Assembly (NCBI GenBank): GCA_040954595.2
Contig: CM082584.2
Coordinates: 6,080,110-6,144,109, forward strand
DNA length: 64,000 nucleotides
Origin: Balanoglossus misakiensis
Taxonomy: Eukaryota; Animalia; Hemichordata
Direction: 5' to 3'
Positions 1 through 12,997 of the stretch are shown piece by piece. Both the position numbers and the translations under genes were made by a program. Numbering within the stretch: the first letter of the stretch is position 1; each line of letters starts with the position of its first letter. The notes beneath the pieces are model-generated. The model saw only the letters and a list, made by a program, of their open reading frames with translations, did no database searches and was not told the DNA's origin.

Positions 1-24
1 TCCGAACATCACCGTTTCTTGCAG

Positions 25-1022
25 GAGCAGGCGTCGGTTGGTGAACTGAACTCTGGCGAATTATCAGCAGCCATCGCTGCATACATCGAGGAGGCTCTTG
101 CGAACGACAAGAAAGATGGTACATTGACTGAACCACTCTCAAGTGTTACACACGTCGTGGTTGATGGTAAGTAACACACAATAAGCTTTGTACACCACGA
201 ATACAGCGTTGTAAACAATTGAAATTTTACTTCCAAAATCCAAATATTCAACATATAGCATTTCAAATCTGTTTTGTCTTCAAGACAATCTGCTAACGAA
301 AGGTTGTACTAATTGATATTTCTAATTAAATTTTTCCAACGTTCTATTTCAGACGAATTCGTTGTGACCGAAACACAAAGCTCAAGTAAGTGACACAATC
401 AATTTTAACAGTATAAAACAAAAAACCTCAAAATATAAAAATAATTGTGGTTCAATGATATTTTAATCTTTTCTTTAACAAAATCTCTATAGCAACTTGA
501 AATATTAAACTTGATCAACGTATATGGTTCTCTACCGTCTGTGCATCAGTCAATGTTACAATTCAAGTTCACGTGATGGGCAACTTCAGTTGCTAATATT
601 TGACAATGTTAATAGCATGCTGAAGACCAGGCCAACTGAATTTAGCTCACACCATACACGATTAATGTTGTTACCGCCATTTTGTCCTCACAATTGCAGA
701 CACCCATGAGAGACTTTCATATTGGCGTTATAATAAGAATGAATGAAAACTGTATTAATTGGATGAAAAATTCACGCTGTTTATGCCCTACCACTTTCTA
801 GGTGTTGCGTCTTGGCTCTTGCCAACCTTGATGGTAGTCATCGCTGTAGCTGCTGTGTGCATCATCGGCGTCGTCTTATACCGTCGGCACAAGAGAAATC
901 CTGTGAACGTTAAGAACCGGGAAATGGAGCTCGTGAGATTAGGTATGCCGACCACATCACTGGACCGGTCACAACAAGACGATGAGAGGGTACTGATCGA
1001 CAGTAGTAATCTTCACATGTGA
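25..1022 (+). CDS. Gene A, 3' end only: juxtamembrane exon, microexon and TM/cytoplasmic exon of a paralog of genes C and D
   Basis: Exons 25-166 (EQASVGELNSGELSAAIAAYIEEALANDKKDGTLTEPLSSVTHVVVD), 353-385 (33-nt microexon) and 802-1022 (SWLLPTLMVVIAVAAVCIIGVVLYRRHKR...HM*). GT-AG boundaries with compatible phases. Same exon layout and SWLLPTL-TM motif as the last three exons of gene C. Confidence 0.85.
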
Positions 1023-1122
1023 GATAAGAGGATATGGACATTTGGCTAACGCAATTAAAATATAATCGCTGTATGCTTTTACAATGACACTCTGTATGTG
1101 TAAAGCTTTTCACCAATAACAG

Positions 1123-1448
1123 TTAAAGCACCATTACTTGTAATTTTTCGCTATGCTTTCAGTATTTTTGTTTTGTGTGTCTACCATAGTTTCTAGGTCA
1201 AAACCCAGACGCTTGATGAAATATCTAGAGTTGAGCTAACAACCTTTTACGTGTGTAGGCCTGGTCAGCACTTTATTGCACAAAATTTGAATTAAAACCT
1301 GGACTAGAATTCATTTGCCAACAATAACAATGGTAGTTATATTATATACTATGATGACAGGCGGAATACTGGGTATATTATAATTTGCAATCGGTACAGA
1401 ACTAAAATGCTTAAAATAAAGCCAAAGTTACGGTTAATGTCCCTTTGA
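1123..1448. mobile_element. Possible decayed non-autonomous DNA transposon (MITE, Kolobok-like ends) downstream of the gene A stop
   Basis: Imperfect terminal inverted repeats of about 50 bp: left ttaaagcaccattacttgtaattttt, right reverse complement tcaaagggacattaaccgtaactttg. TTAA-like flanks and no coding capacity. Confidence 0.35.
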
Positions 1449-2401
1449 CTTACCAGCTTTATAAATAAATGAAACGATAAAAACAACCAAATTCTGATAC
1501 ATCATTGATATTATGGAAGTTACTATGGCTGTACCAGTATCATATATTTTCTGAGTATTTGGTATTGTGTTTAAACTCATTTACTTTTTACATGTAAAGT
1601 ACACGTGCTAAATATATTTCACAATGGAATGTAATTAATGTAGACGTTCGCTTGGAGTCGACAAACATCATTTGACGTTTTGCTATTATTTGAATAACTC
1701 GTTATGTAATCTGTGCCAGATGGCCCTTGATGTGTCCATACGGATGGATGGACGATAAAAGGACAAGTTCAACGCGATGTGAACCTTGAAAATCCAACAA
1801 TTTACATTTTACAAGAAATTGAGTTTAGAAAATCAATAGCTAAAACGTACTGACATATAAATGTACAGTATATGATTCATGAGTTCAACTTTTGCCAATG
1901 TTTTGTGTTACTTAGTTTTTAAAATACTTGGGATCATTTAAGCAGGTTGATTAAAGATTTACACACTTTGTCGGTGATTGAGTCACTGAAACTTTTCTTT
2001 ATGTGTTGAGTCTGCAGTATTTCATATAGATTTATTATATATTAACCAGGACAGGGCACTGGGGTAAATTTATAAGCATTATACTTATTAAAATTGTTGT
2101 AAAACCAACCTGTAATGGGTTTAATGTATTAAGAGTTAATTAATTATTTCCTGCATAAGTAATTTTAAATTTATTTTTGGAATAAAAGTCCAAACTCTTC
2201 TGCCCTGAATATTGCTGTTAGTGTTATTTGTGTCAAATAAATGACGAATGTGTGTCTGATTGTACTCAGCTAATTTGAATGGCTGAGAGTTGTATAGATC
2301 AAGCCACCGTCACGGTCTGCTTTCGTCACCAACTGCTATCTCTCCCCGCTTAGAATACTGCAGTGTCCATAGGCACACTTCCACCTATTTTAGAGTGATT
2401 G

Positions 2402-2465
2402 GGGTGATTATATCATAGTTTCAGTCTTAATTTTGGGTGATTATATCATAGTTTCAGTCTTAATT
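2402..2465. repeat. Tandem duplication, 33-bp period, 2 copies
   Basis: gggtgattatatcatagtttcagtcttaatt occurs at 2402 and 2435. Confidence 0.9.
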
Positions 2466-3573
2466 CAAAATGGTTCCTTCTGAATGTGAGCAAACAGTCA
2501 TAATCAGAAACAATAGAAGGGAAACAGGTCCTATAAGCTGCGCCTTTTAAGCATATTTCTGCACGGGAGCTACACGCAGTGTATCGGACCTGCACCAAAA
2601 GTATTTACCCAATACTGTCTGATAAATCCACCGATTGCGAAATATTTTTTTTTTTTTGGGGGGGGGGGGGGCTCCCCTTTCTGTATAATTGACCACACCA
2701 CCCGCACTTATCAGCTGATGTGGGTTTAATGTCCTGTTATCGTAGAAATGTTTGTAGAATGATGGAATCTCTCCGTACTTGTCTCTGTTTCTACCGCTGG
2801 TGATATGAACCGAGAGATGTTCAGTAATTATTTTTCCACAGGCCAAAAGACACATGTTAAAGGTTACATGGTTGTGTCAAATGATGTCAGAATAAATACC
2901 TGTGTACTTGGACGGTTGGGACACTCCTTGGTGACACGTACCCGATGAGGCAAGACGATGAAACATCCTGACAAGTTGATTATTGAAACGATTCACGCCA
3001 CTTATGAATCACTCGGGAACTGTTTCCAATTGGCCACTTGAAAAAGACAGGTGTGGAGCAGGATACGCGTATCGGATCGAGGAAATGATTTTTTGATGAC
3101 GTTTTTTAAGGCAACGCCAAATCCTGAAACGGCATATCAAATCAACCATTTTCCCATTTATTAACCATAGTCACGTGTGCATTACATGTCCAAACAATCA
3201 ATATGGCTCTACCTGCCGTGGCGTCTTGTTTGAAATTGCCAATCGGCTGTATATCATTAACCGGCCAAGAAACCGTCGGGTCTTTTATCACATTTGGCCA
3301 AAACCCAAAGTGCCGAGCCGGTCTTTATGCATACCCATATCACGGATGTCGTTTTTTTTCTTTATCACCACGCCCTGGGGAGTGGTCTTTGGATCGACAA
3401 CACCCCTGAAATCTCATGATCCAGACTTCAATTCAGAGAGTCACTATCGTAAACGCCAAAAATATCTTTTCAACACTAACTGTACATTTTTTTTCAAATA
3501 TACAAGTACACACAGAAGTGAAAAAGAACGGCGCATCAAGGGAATACAGCACACCGTTACGCGAAGTTGGACG

Positions 3574-6500
3574 ATGGAATCATGTTTGATACGGGCAGCG
3601 TTGGTCAATGCTTGCATCGCGCTGGCAGGTACGTTTAACATGTATGCTTGTCACTACTCGTTGTCGCTTATTCCGAGTCATGTTGAAAGGCTCTGGTGTC
3701 GGCAACCGTTTGAACTGTCCTATTGACTCGATCAAACCGAGCAGTAGATTTAAACAACGTTTTTAGAGTTTAATATATGTATTCTAGCTGGGAGAATGGC
3801 CAGGGAGAATGGCTGCCTGGTGTCAGAGGTTTGTACTATCGACCACTAGAGGGCAATCTGTGCATGCAGCTCGAGTTCTAAAAATAGGTTATTCGTATGG
3901 ACGGTTTTTCGAACTTACAACTTTGTCCCTCATTGTCTGTTTGCTATCTTGTCATGCCGCAAGTGGTACATGTATGTTCTCGCGTGATAAGAACATAGTG
4001 ATTGCGATTCAGCTGATCTCAGATCTTCACCGATTTTCTCCGTCTTCATAATGCGAGAGGAAATATCCCAGGCAAAAAATAATTATTTTTCTTTGATGGA
4101 GTTGGACATGACGTTATAATGTATGAACTTGTATGAAAGGGCTGATCGAGTATGTAAATGTAGACATATTCAGCGGCATGTCTACTCGGTTTGTTTTTAA
4201 TGCGCTTGTCAGCAGGCCTTGGTACAGTACGGTACGGCGGATACATCACAATGAATCGAAATGAACTGCGAAACATTAACACATTATAATTAACTTTTGT
4301 CAAAATGTAGTGTTTCATAAACAAGCATATATACAGTTTAGAGTATAACATAATTCAATACTGGCCAAAGTGCTACCAAACCGAACATTTGAAACGGTTA
4401 CCACGTGTAGACTAAAAACACAAAAAATGGTTACATTCCGGGTCCAGGTTCACTACCCAACACTTCCACACAGTCCAATAACTGCTGGTTCTTATACAGG
4501 TAATAAGTTTACACAAGTAGAGGCGGTCCCCACGAAGCAAGCCAGCTCACCAAAAATCTCAATATTTGCTGTGTAATGTCTGATTAATTTTTAATTCCTC
4601 ATACCGAGCGAGCGTCGTCACTTGTCTATTTTGATCCTCTTTCAGCTTCAATCAGCGGCGCCATTGCTGTGAATTCAAACACGAACAAGTGTCAGACGAC
4701 AGGTAAATAATTGATGCTTCAATATCATATAAACGCTTCTGTCATCACTCTGTGCGATGGCATCTTTGGATAAGCCCCTGGACTGAGGGCACCTGTACAG
4801 TGGCGGCGACATCAAACAGAATTATGGCTATCTATAATGTTTATAGATGACAGGAGGATGTTGATATGTATTGAACAGAGACAATCGTCCAGTGTGACCA
4901 AAAATCGATTGCGTGTTTTTACTAAAACTGATGCAATATACTTAATCCCTGTTGTAACTCATTCTCTGATCACTACATAATTAATTCGCGTGCCTGTATT
5001 CACAAACGCACACGAACAAGACAAAATGGTGACTTTTTTTCTGACAAGTCTTACAATTTTTTCACAACGAAGGCCATTAATTAGTTGCCGAACCAAATGA
5101 AATTCTGTCGGAAAACCCCCGTTCGAACCCTCAGGATTTGCGAATATTATCATAACATTCTGCTAAAGCGAGATTAATTTTATTTCTCAGATGAATTTTT
5201 TGTTCTTGGAGAACAGTCTGCGCCAAGATCAAACGCAGAATCACATGCCACGTGCCCAGAAGGTAGCCTAGCTACGTCATGCCAGTGCGATGCCACACGG
5301 AATGATTGCAACGGTGCCTGGCTTACAGAAAACCGATGCACGGCGCTTAATAGTCCTACCAATACCATTGGAATCCGGGTACGTTGTCAGTCGTCCACAG
5401 TGAGACACGCTTTAATTTTTTTTTAAAAAGCTCACGCAGCGCTATTACCGAGGAACGCTGCAATGCGCGGTACTTGTAATTGGCCGACCTGGTCATTGTT
5501 GTCCGGTATTTGCAATTCGAGTTGCCATGCCCTAATAGGTTTACTGCTACATGTAGTTGTGCGAAGAAACACGGAATACTGATTCAACATTTTAGCATCG
5601 CGTTTTCTCGTGTGCCATGTTATCCTATAACTGCCATTGCAGGGTTTACTGCTCTGCCAAACAAGGCCACGGCTCCGAATACGGTTCACAGAAGAACAAT
5701 ACTCCATTCAAGGGTTGCTAGATCGGCTCATACATAATTTCACCTGACGCCTCACAAATTCTTATCGACACCTGCTTTTTTCATACACTGTCAGGCTAAT
5801 GTAACGTGTCTTACGTTCAAGTGTCACGACGGTTACCGTACCGAGACAGAAGCATTTACCAGCAACAAAGGCACGTATCCCAGTGCTCACTGTCCTCCAT
5901 GGACGAAACGAGTTGGATGTGTCTTTAGAGTCGAGTGAGTACATAGTATAAACGTTTTTGTTAGATTCATGGCAGTGGAACACTCACGCTCTTGCCATAT
6001 ATAGCTGATGTTTTAGATGTGAGAGGGGAGACAGGAGGATAGGGTGTGTGTGCGTGAGAGAGAGAGAGGGAGAGAGAGAAAGAGAGAGAGATAGAAGGAG
6101 AGAGAGGGGGGAGGAGAGAGAGAGAGGGACAGGGGGATAGTGAGAGAGGGGGAGAGAGAGCTATATTACGCACATGAATTCAAATTACTCAATTGTGTTG
6201 TCACAAAAATGTTATTGCATGGCCCACATTCCCAGTTCATCGAAAGGCACTGGAAAATTCGGTCAAGCTACAGTACGGGGAAATACGTGTCAGTATGGGC
6301 CTTGTACGGATACTGGCGAGATATGTTCCGTCTACGTCCAATGCCAAGGTAATATTATTAACAATATGCGTATATCTTTTCCGTGCATTTCAAGATGGCT
6401 TACATTACTATTCGTATTTGGAAGACGAAGCCATTTGTCAAAATGACAAACAGAGAAAATTCTAATTGAAGACAAGTAATAGGCTTTCAACATATCTTGC

Positions 6501-9500
6501 GTTATTGGCAAGGTGTCACATCTAAATACAACGGAATAGTTTGTGTGAAAAATATTTTTGTTTAAATTTTGAATGAAGTACCCTCGCGAACCTCACAAAC
6601 TACCTTACATGACCTAAAAACCCAACCAATAAGCTAATCTCGTTCGACTCTTTCGTTTAGCCGTCTACCAAAACGTATTCATCGATGCCGCCATCGACGA
6701 AAGATGCACCGATTACATCGCCATCAGCTGGTCGCTGGACGGCGACCCTACAAAAGTCCCCGGGTACACCATAACTGTCAACCCGGCGACTGTAGAAGGG
6801 GTTGCGACCATCGCTTTGCGGGGAGAAGACGAACTGAATCAGCTGTACAATTCTACAACCGACCGAATGGTTTACACCATCGCCACTGTGGAAGTTGCAG
6901 TGTCCTACACAATTTGCATAAATCTTATGGACAGTTCGTGCGGAGTCGTCGATAAAATAAATTTAATTAGCGGTAGGTTTCTGCAGTACCGTCCAACGGC
7001 ACTAAAACAGCATCTTATATAAAATAGCGTATATTTGATGCAAACTTGTATGGCAAACTTTAAGCAAATGTATCCGAAGAAATATATTATGCAGTTAATG
7101 TAAGCTATTCTTCTATACAAGTTACAGCACACTAATATAATTATCATATATTGACTCTCTGAGAGACAGTTGCGTGTATTTACCACTCCGATTGACTGGG
7201 AGACAGAAAGAAAGCCCGACTGACGGACGGACAAACAAACAAACAAACAAACAAACAAACACCTCGAAGGTGGCTTGTCACAGAAAAAAACACACGAGAT
7301 AATTTCAGTACTCTTTGCTAGTGTTCTATTGATCGGTTCTTCTCTTAACAACAGATGACAAATGTTACGAAGCAAAGGATCCTTGCGAAAACGGCGGCAC
7401 GTGTTGCGATGACGGCGACGACTACATCTGCCACTGTACAGACGAATATACGGGGAAAAATTGCCAGGATGAAGTTAATCCCTGTGATCCAAATCCATGT
7501 CAGAACGGCGGCCTGTGTATACGGACACACCCCGGTTTTGTCTGCAGCTGTCCGGAAGGATACGGCGGTACCCTTTGTGAGCAATGTAAGTACAGCGTTC
7601 GCTGTGGCCGAGCTTTTTAAAGGGAAGCGGTCGTTACATTACAATTCATCCACAAATCCCTGAAAGTAGATAATTCTTAGAATGGACGAAGCAGCCAACT
7701 GTAGCGTAGACTGGGCATGACAGAAACTGAAGATCCTAGTAGGTCTTGGCGACTGCAGTGGGGTTTGTGCTGGTATGGGAGGACATATTCTCATCAAGGG
7801 GGACACGCACGCGGCGCGGCGACCGCTTCCATGTAAAAGTGTTTGATATGTTTCCTATACTGATGTGTATAGGCACTGACTGTTTGTTATGGAATCTTTT
7901 CGATTTCTCTGCCCTAGTGGAATTGGTACCCGTGGATTCAGAGACAGTTGTGGTGCACACCGGATGCACGTCAGCAACGATACGATGGGAAGAGAGTGGC
8001 GTGGGATTAGAACCGGAGAGGTACGAAGTCTGGGGGAACGAACTGAGCCAAACCGAGAAACTACTCCTGTGCGCCTGTGACCACCCGGATACAATGTGTA
8101 CAGTGACCAACTTGACGAGGCAAACGACTTACCTGTACGAGATCGCGAGTGTTGCCGGGAACGATGTCGCAGTAAGCGAGACTAACACTTTCACTACAGG
8201 CGGTGAGTGAAGTCTTAATTGTAGTGAACGGATAGGTCCCTAGCAAATTATATTTTTGATTAACGGATTGATGCTCCCAGCTTGATTACACTAAATCAAA
8301 TCTTGACTCTGAAGCTGGTGCAAAGAAAGCGCTCAATCTTTAAAATAGCAAATTTTGCATTTCTTTTGATTTTATTTAGAATGTAAAACGCATAAAGTTA
8401 CAAGACGTGCTACGTTTGATTACCAATGATGTGTTTCAATTATTCTGTTTTAACATTTTCTACCCGTCGACCTGCGCATTTGCCTGGCCTTAGGATGACA
8501 ATGGAAACAATCAAAATATCTCTCTATGTGCCATTCCTCCGTTTTGCTGTTAATTTGGTTTGTTTGGATTATGAAGTCACTGTCGGTTGGAAATATACTG
8601 TTAATCGCACCACTCGGTCAAATTTCAGTCAAAAGTTCAGACCAACATTTCCTCTGCCTCCTCCGTTCTTCGTTAATGGTTTTGAGGTTTTACTACATAT
8701 ATTATTTTTACATATTTCCAAACAGGCGATCCCACCTTTGCTTCTTGTCCCAGTGATATCGATTCTGAATATGCCGACGGCGTTGACGAGGTCCAGGTAT
8801 GGTGGGAGGAACCGCGGGTGGAGTGCCTGGGACCGGACACCCTGGAAGCCTCGTCACACAAGCCTGGGGACTACTTTCCCATCGGCCGTACAACAGTGAC
8901 CTACGTTTTGATGGAGAGTGCCACGATTATCGACTCTTGCCAGTTTAACGTCACTGTATCAGGTTAAAGTCATCAATGTTTTTCTTTAATAACCATTATT
9001 ACGCTTTGCAACAAAATCTGTTTGTCAACCTGAAACCCCACGGGGCCCGGTGATGGGGCAGTCGCTTGTCTTCCCACAAGGAATCCATACAGCTTTCTTT
9101 ACTATGTACTCTTCTAGTCTAATTTTCGCGGATATCATCGCTCATGGTCTCAGTTGACCTACTCCCTGTCAGGGTACTTCCGATGTACACGACTTTTACG
9201 AACGTGCTATTTATTTGGCAAACATCAAAACAAGACGATGAAGTCAATGTCAATCTCTGATTTCAGAGCGTGGTGTATGCACAGCTTACGGAGATCCCCA
9301 CTACATTTCCTTCAACAACGAGTATTATGATTTCCAAGGTGTGTGTACATACGTATTGGTTGCAACCAGCCAAGCCGTGTCTCCTCAGTTCAACGTCACA
9401 GTCTTAAATGTAGAATCAGAATCCAATCCGGATTATTCAATCACCAAAGAAGTCAATGTGACGATCTTCAACACAGTGAGTAATATTTCAGATTTTAAGT

Positions 9501-12500
9501 AATCTATAATCTACCACCACCACCACCACCACCACCACCACCAATACCATCACCACCACCACACGACCACCACCATAACGATAATAATAGGTGCGTGTCT
9601 TAAGACCTTTACAAATTGACGTCTGTGTAATTTTACGTAAGACAGAAAAAGCGAAAAAGGTCCCGTTCAATATATGATTTTTTGAGACTACGCTGCTTCT
9701 TTGACACGTTCATCACCATGTGTCTTACATTAGACATAACGACGCATAAATCACAACAACCAAATCAAATCCATTCAGCTATTTTGAAATACTGGAAATT
9801 TCGTTTCTTGTATCAGGTTATATCTTTGATGGAAAGTAAGGAAGTAAGAATAAACGGAATACGAGTACGTGTACCAGTCAATCCTGCTGAGGGTGTCTTC
9901 GTCATCCAGAATGGATTGTTGGTCGTAAGTGTAAATGTATTATGCTGAATTATTTTATAATCAAAACTCCCTTTTCACGATGTGTTCGGACAGTCCTTTT
10001 TAAATAGACTGAGAGTGTTGATAAATATGGGTTGAAAGCCGTCGATTGTGCACTCGTGAAAAGGCCAAGGGGACATTTGCTTTTGGTGTTGGTGAATTTG
10101 TGTCGTGCAAAAAATTGACCAACTATTGTGACTGTATTACAGACTCTCTACACTGATTTCGGTGTCTCCGTCAGTTTTGATGGAGACGACCAAGTGATAG
10201 CCAAGGTGCCAGCCGATCCTTACAAATTTGAAGTTGCTGGCCTCTGTGGTCATTACGGAGAAACGGGGTATTACAAACCCGGGGGTATCGAGGTACGTTT
10301 CTTTAACTGCTAGGGTTGTGGTATTGGAAAAATGATGGACGTCACTTGCAACCTGGCCAATAAGGTGTTGGTGAGAACAGTTGAAACGCCTATTGTGATT
10401 TTCTCGTTCTGTTATGGCAATGTGAATGTGCTTAAATAAACAACAACAACAACAACAACAACGAAGAAGAAGAAGAAGAAAACTCAACATTTTACGCAGG
10501 AAATGACCATTTCTAGTGAGAAATACTTCTGCTATTATTTTTTGTTTCCTATAATTCATTCATAGACAGACGACGTGAATGAGTTTGGTGATAGCTGGGC
10601 CGTTGGAGACTGTAAACAAACCAATACCTCCAGCAGCCCATGTCAGACGGCATACATTGTTGATGAATGTGTCATTATCACAGATCCGTCGGGTAAGTTC
10701 ATATCATTGGTTGGAAGCTGTATATAGGCTAGCCCAATTATCGCTTGTCTGTTCCGAAAATTTGTCTCTAAAGTTATAGCCATGTTCAACCACACAAACG
10801 ACTTTGAGCCATTCACCCCAGCCGCTAAATAACTTTGATCATGGGAACATGGTTTGTGTCAGATCATGTCACTGTGCTTCTTTACTAGTGTATAAGTACA
10901 AAGGCAAGTAAATTTTCATGATAGACAGAGATACACATGTAGATTCAACTGTTTTGAACGCTCTAAATCGTATGTACATAGCCTGCTGTGTACCTAAATC
11001 TCTTGATTTCAACATCTAGGCGCATTTGCTGAATGCCATGATACGGTGGATCCCAACCCATACTATGATGCATGTCTGTATGACTACTGTGCTACTGGGG
11101 AATACTGTCCAGCCATAGAGGCATACCAACGTCGATGTAGAGAACTCGGAGTTCCTATTGAATATGACTGGAGGAATGAGACCTTTTGTCGTAAGTAGAT
11201 ACATAACAGTCTCGATTGTCAGAACATTTAAGTGGGTTTAATTTTCAACGCCTGGCGAGGTCTACCGGTTATATGCAACTCTAAAGTATTCTCATTTCCG
11301 ACGTGCAACTTTTATTTTTAACTAGCTGTGGAGTGTCAAAACGGAACCGAGTACCTTTCCTGTGGGCCTGCCTGTATGGACACCTGTGTGGAACCCGAGG
11401 CTAGCAAAAATTGTCCGCATGTTGATTGCGTGGAGGGCTGTTTTTGTGTGGATGGACAAGTACTTGATGGCGATAGATGCGTAGACCCTGCCGAATGCGG
11501 TTGCACACGAAATGGAACGTATTATTCGGTAAGCATTTCAAGAAAAGACCTTATTATGTGAAAATTTGGAAGGACTGTTTTCCTTCTGTAATAACATCTT
11601 TGGAGACACCATAGTCATATTTCACATTCATATATTTACTTTCATTTCAGATTGGAGACGTAATTATGGATCCACTCTGTGAAAATATATGCAACTGTAC
11701 GTCTGCAGGAGGGGACATGGTGTGTACGGCAACGCAGTGTGATGAAAATGCATCTTGTGTGACGGAAGATGGTCTACGATTATGTGTCTGCAATGAACCA
11801 TATCAAGGAAATGGTTTCTCCTGTACAGGTATGTTGAACCGTTCTTCGTAACACCTGCACACATGTATGTTATTCGTCGATTGTTTTAATAATGATTGTA
11901 TGTAGACAAACATTTTTCTCGAATTAAATACGATATATTATATGTCAGCATTGAATGGCGTTGGGATGAGATATTACTAGTAAGTGCCCATCTCGTCAAG
12001 CAGAACTACATTCAACAATTTAATAGCGTTGTCTATCACGTGCTCGGATTAATAGGAAATTGGTGGAATTTATTTTTCAGATGCTCGTATGAAATCCATG
12101 TCAGCTTGTACAAGAGACTGTGCAGATCCAGGAACTCCCGATTCCGGGCATCAAGACAGAGCGTATGATTTCCCGGTGTGTTCAGGGACCACGGTGTCCT
12201 TTGGATGTACGCACGGCCACACGCTTATCGGTCGGTCCAGCCTGACATGCGAGGCTGGCACGTGGGCTAGCGCGCCGGAGTGTGAGCCCATATGCTGCGA
12301 CCCCGGCACCCCAGAGAATGGTTACCAACTGGAAGACTATGATTATCCAGTATTAGAAGGCGCCGTGGTGTATTTCAGTTGCAACGATGGATACGCATTC
12401 AACGATGACGTGACTGACGAGTGTTTAACTTACGGTAACACGACCTGTGTCAACGGTACCTGGACGGATCCAATTCCCCAGTGCCGACTACAGTGTGATG

Positions 12501-12967
12501 ATCCCGGCAGCCCCGATGATGGCAACCAGCTTGAAGACTTGCAGTACCCTGTCTGTTCAGGCACCAATGTGACATTCCAATGCCACCATCATTTCATTCT
12601 GATCGGGAACGAGACCACCGTGTGCGAGGAAGGGCATTGGACCGACCCCGTCCCTGAGTGCGAGCCGTCGTGTGATGACCCGGGCACACCGGAGAACGGA
12701 TACCAGGAGGGGGACTTTCAGTACCCGGTAATCGACGGCACCGTAGTCTCGTTTGGCTGCAACGACGACTACGGACTGCAGGATCCCGACACCGATGGAT
12801 GCGTCGTGTCCTACCAGAGCACTTGTAATAACCACACGTGGACGGAACCTCTACCCGTATGTCTGAAGGAATGCGTAGAACCCGCCACACCTTCAAGAAG
12901 CAACCACCTGCAGGTCTTTCGTGTACTTATATACAATCTTCTTTATTTGTCTTGTCGCGTGTGTTAG
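3574..12967 (+). CDS. Gene B: TM-less (secreted or truncated) paralog, about 1216 aa. Signal peptide, 2 resistin/PCSK9-like modules, FN3, EGFx2, FN3, HYR, VWD/C8/TIL/TILa/EGF, 4 CCP
   Basis: Exons 3574-3628, 4646-4702, 5191-5378, 5795-5934, 6236-6348, 6661-6972, 7355-7585, 7918-8202, 8726-8962, 9267-9475, 9817-9924, 10143-10292, 10566-10692, 11020-11190, 11326-11528, 11651-11828, 12081-12967. All introns GT-AG; total 3651 nt in one open frame. Signal peptide [26 protein letters not shown]. Most exon lengths are identical to gene C. The last exon is the least certain. Confidence 0.8.
3842..3856 (+). promoter_or_regulatory. Candidate CTCF-binding motif in gene B intron 1
   Basis: ACCACTAGAGGGCAA matches the CCASYAGRKGGCR core consensus. 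Motif match only. Confidence 0.3.
5191..6348 (+). CDS. Gene B exons 3-5: two resistin/PCSK9 C-terminal-like Cys-rich modules
   Basis: [14 protein letters not shown]...[15 protein letters not shown]...IRANVTC and [12 protein letters not shown]...CQYGPC...CSVYVQC. Confidence 0.5.
6045..6160. repeat. (GT)n / degenerate (GA)n purine tract
   Basis: Visible low-complexity run in an intron. Confidence 0.9.
7231..7260. repeat. (ACAA)n microsatellite
   Basis: Direct observation. Confidence 0.9.
9513..9575. repeat. (CAC)n microsatellite
   Basis: Direct observation, intronic. Confidence 0.9.
10441..10480. repeat. (CAA)n(GAA)n compound microsatellite
   Basis: Direct observation, intronic. Confidence 0.9.
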
Positions 12968-12997
12968 TTTGACTGAAACACACGATGATTTACTTGC

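Noticed and set aside
2645-2671. Adjacent poly-T and poly-G run
   Set aside because: Simple homopolymers with no supporting structure, and the length may be error-prone.
3175-3726. 183-aa ORF as a standalone gene
   Set aside because: Only 3574-3628 is supported, as the signal-peptide exon of gene B. The rest looks like UTR and intron read-through.
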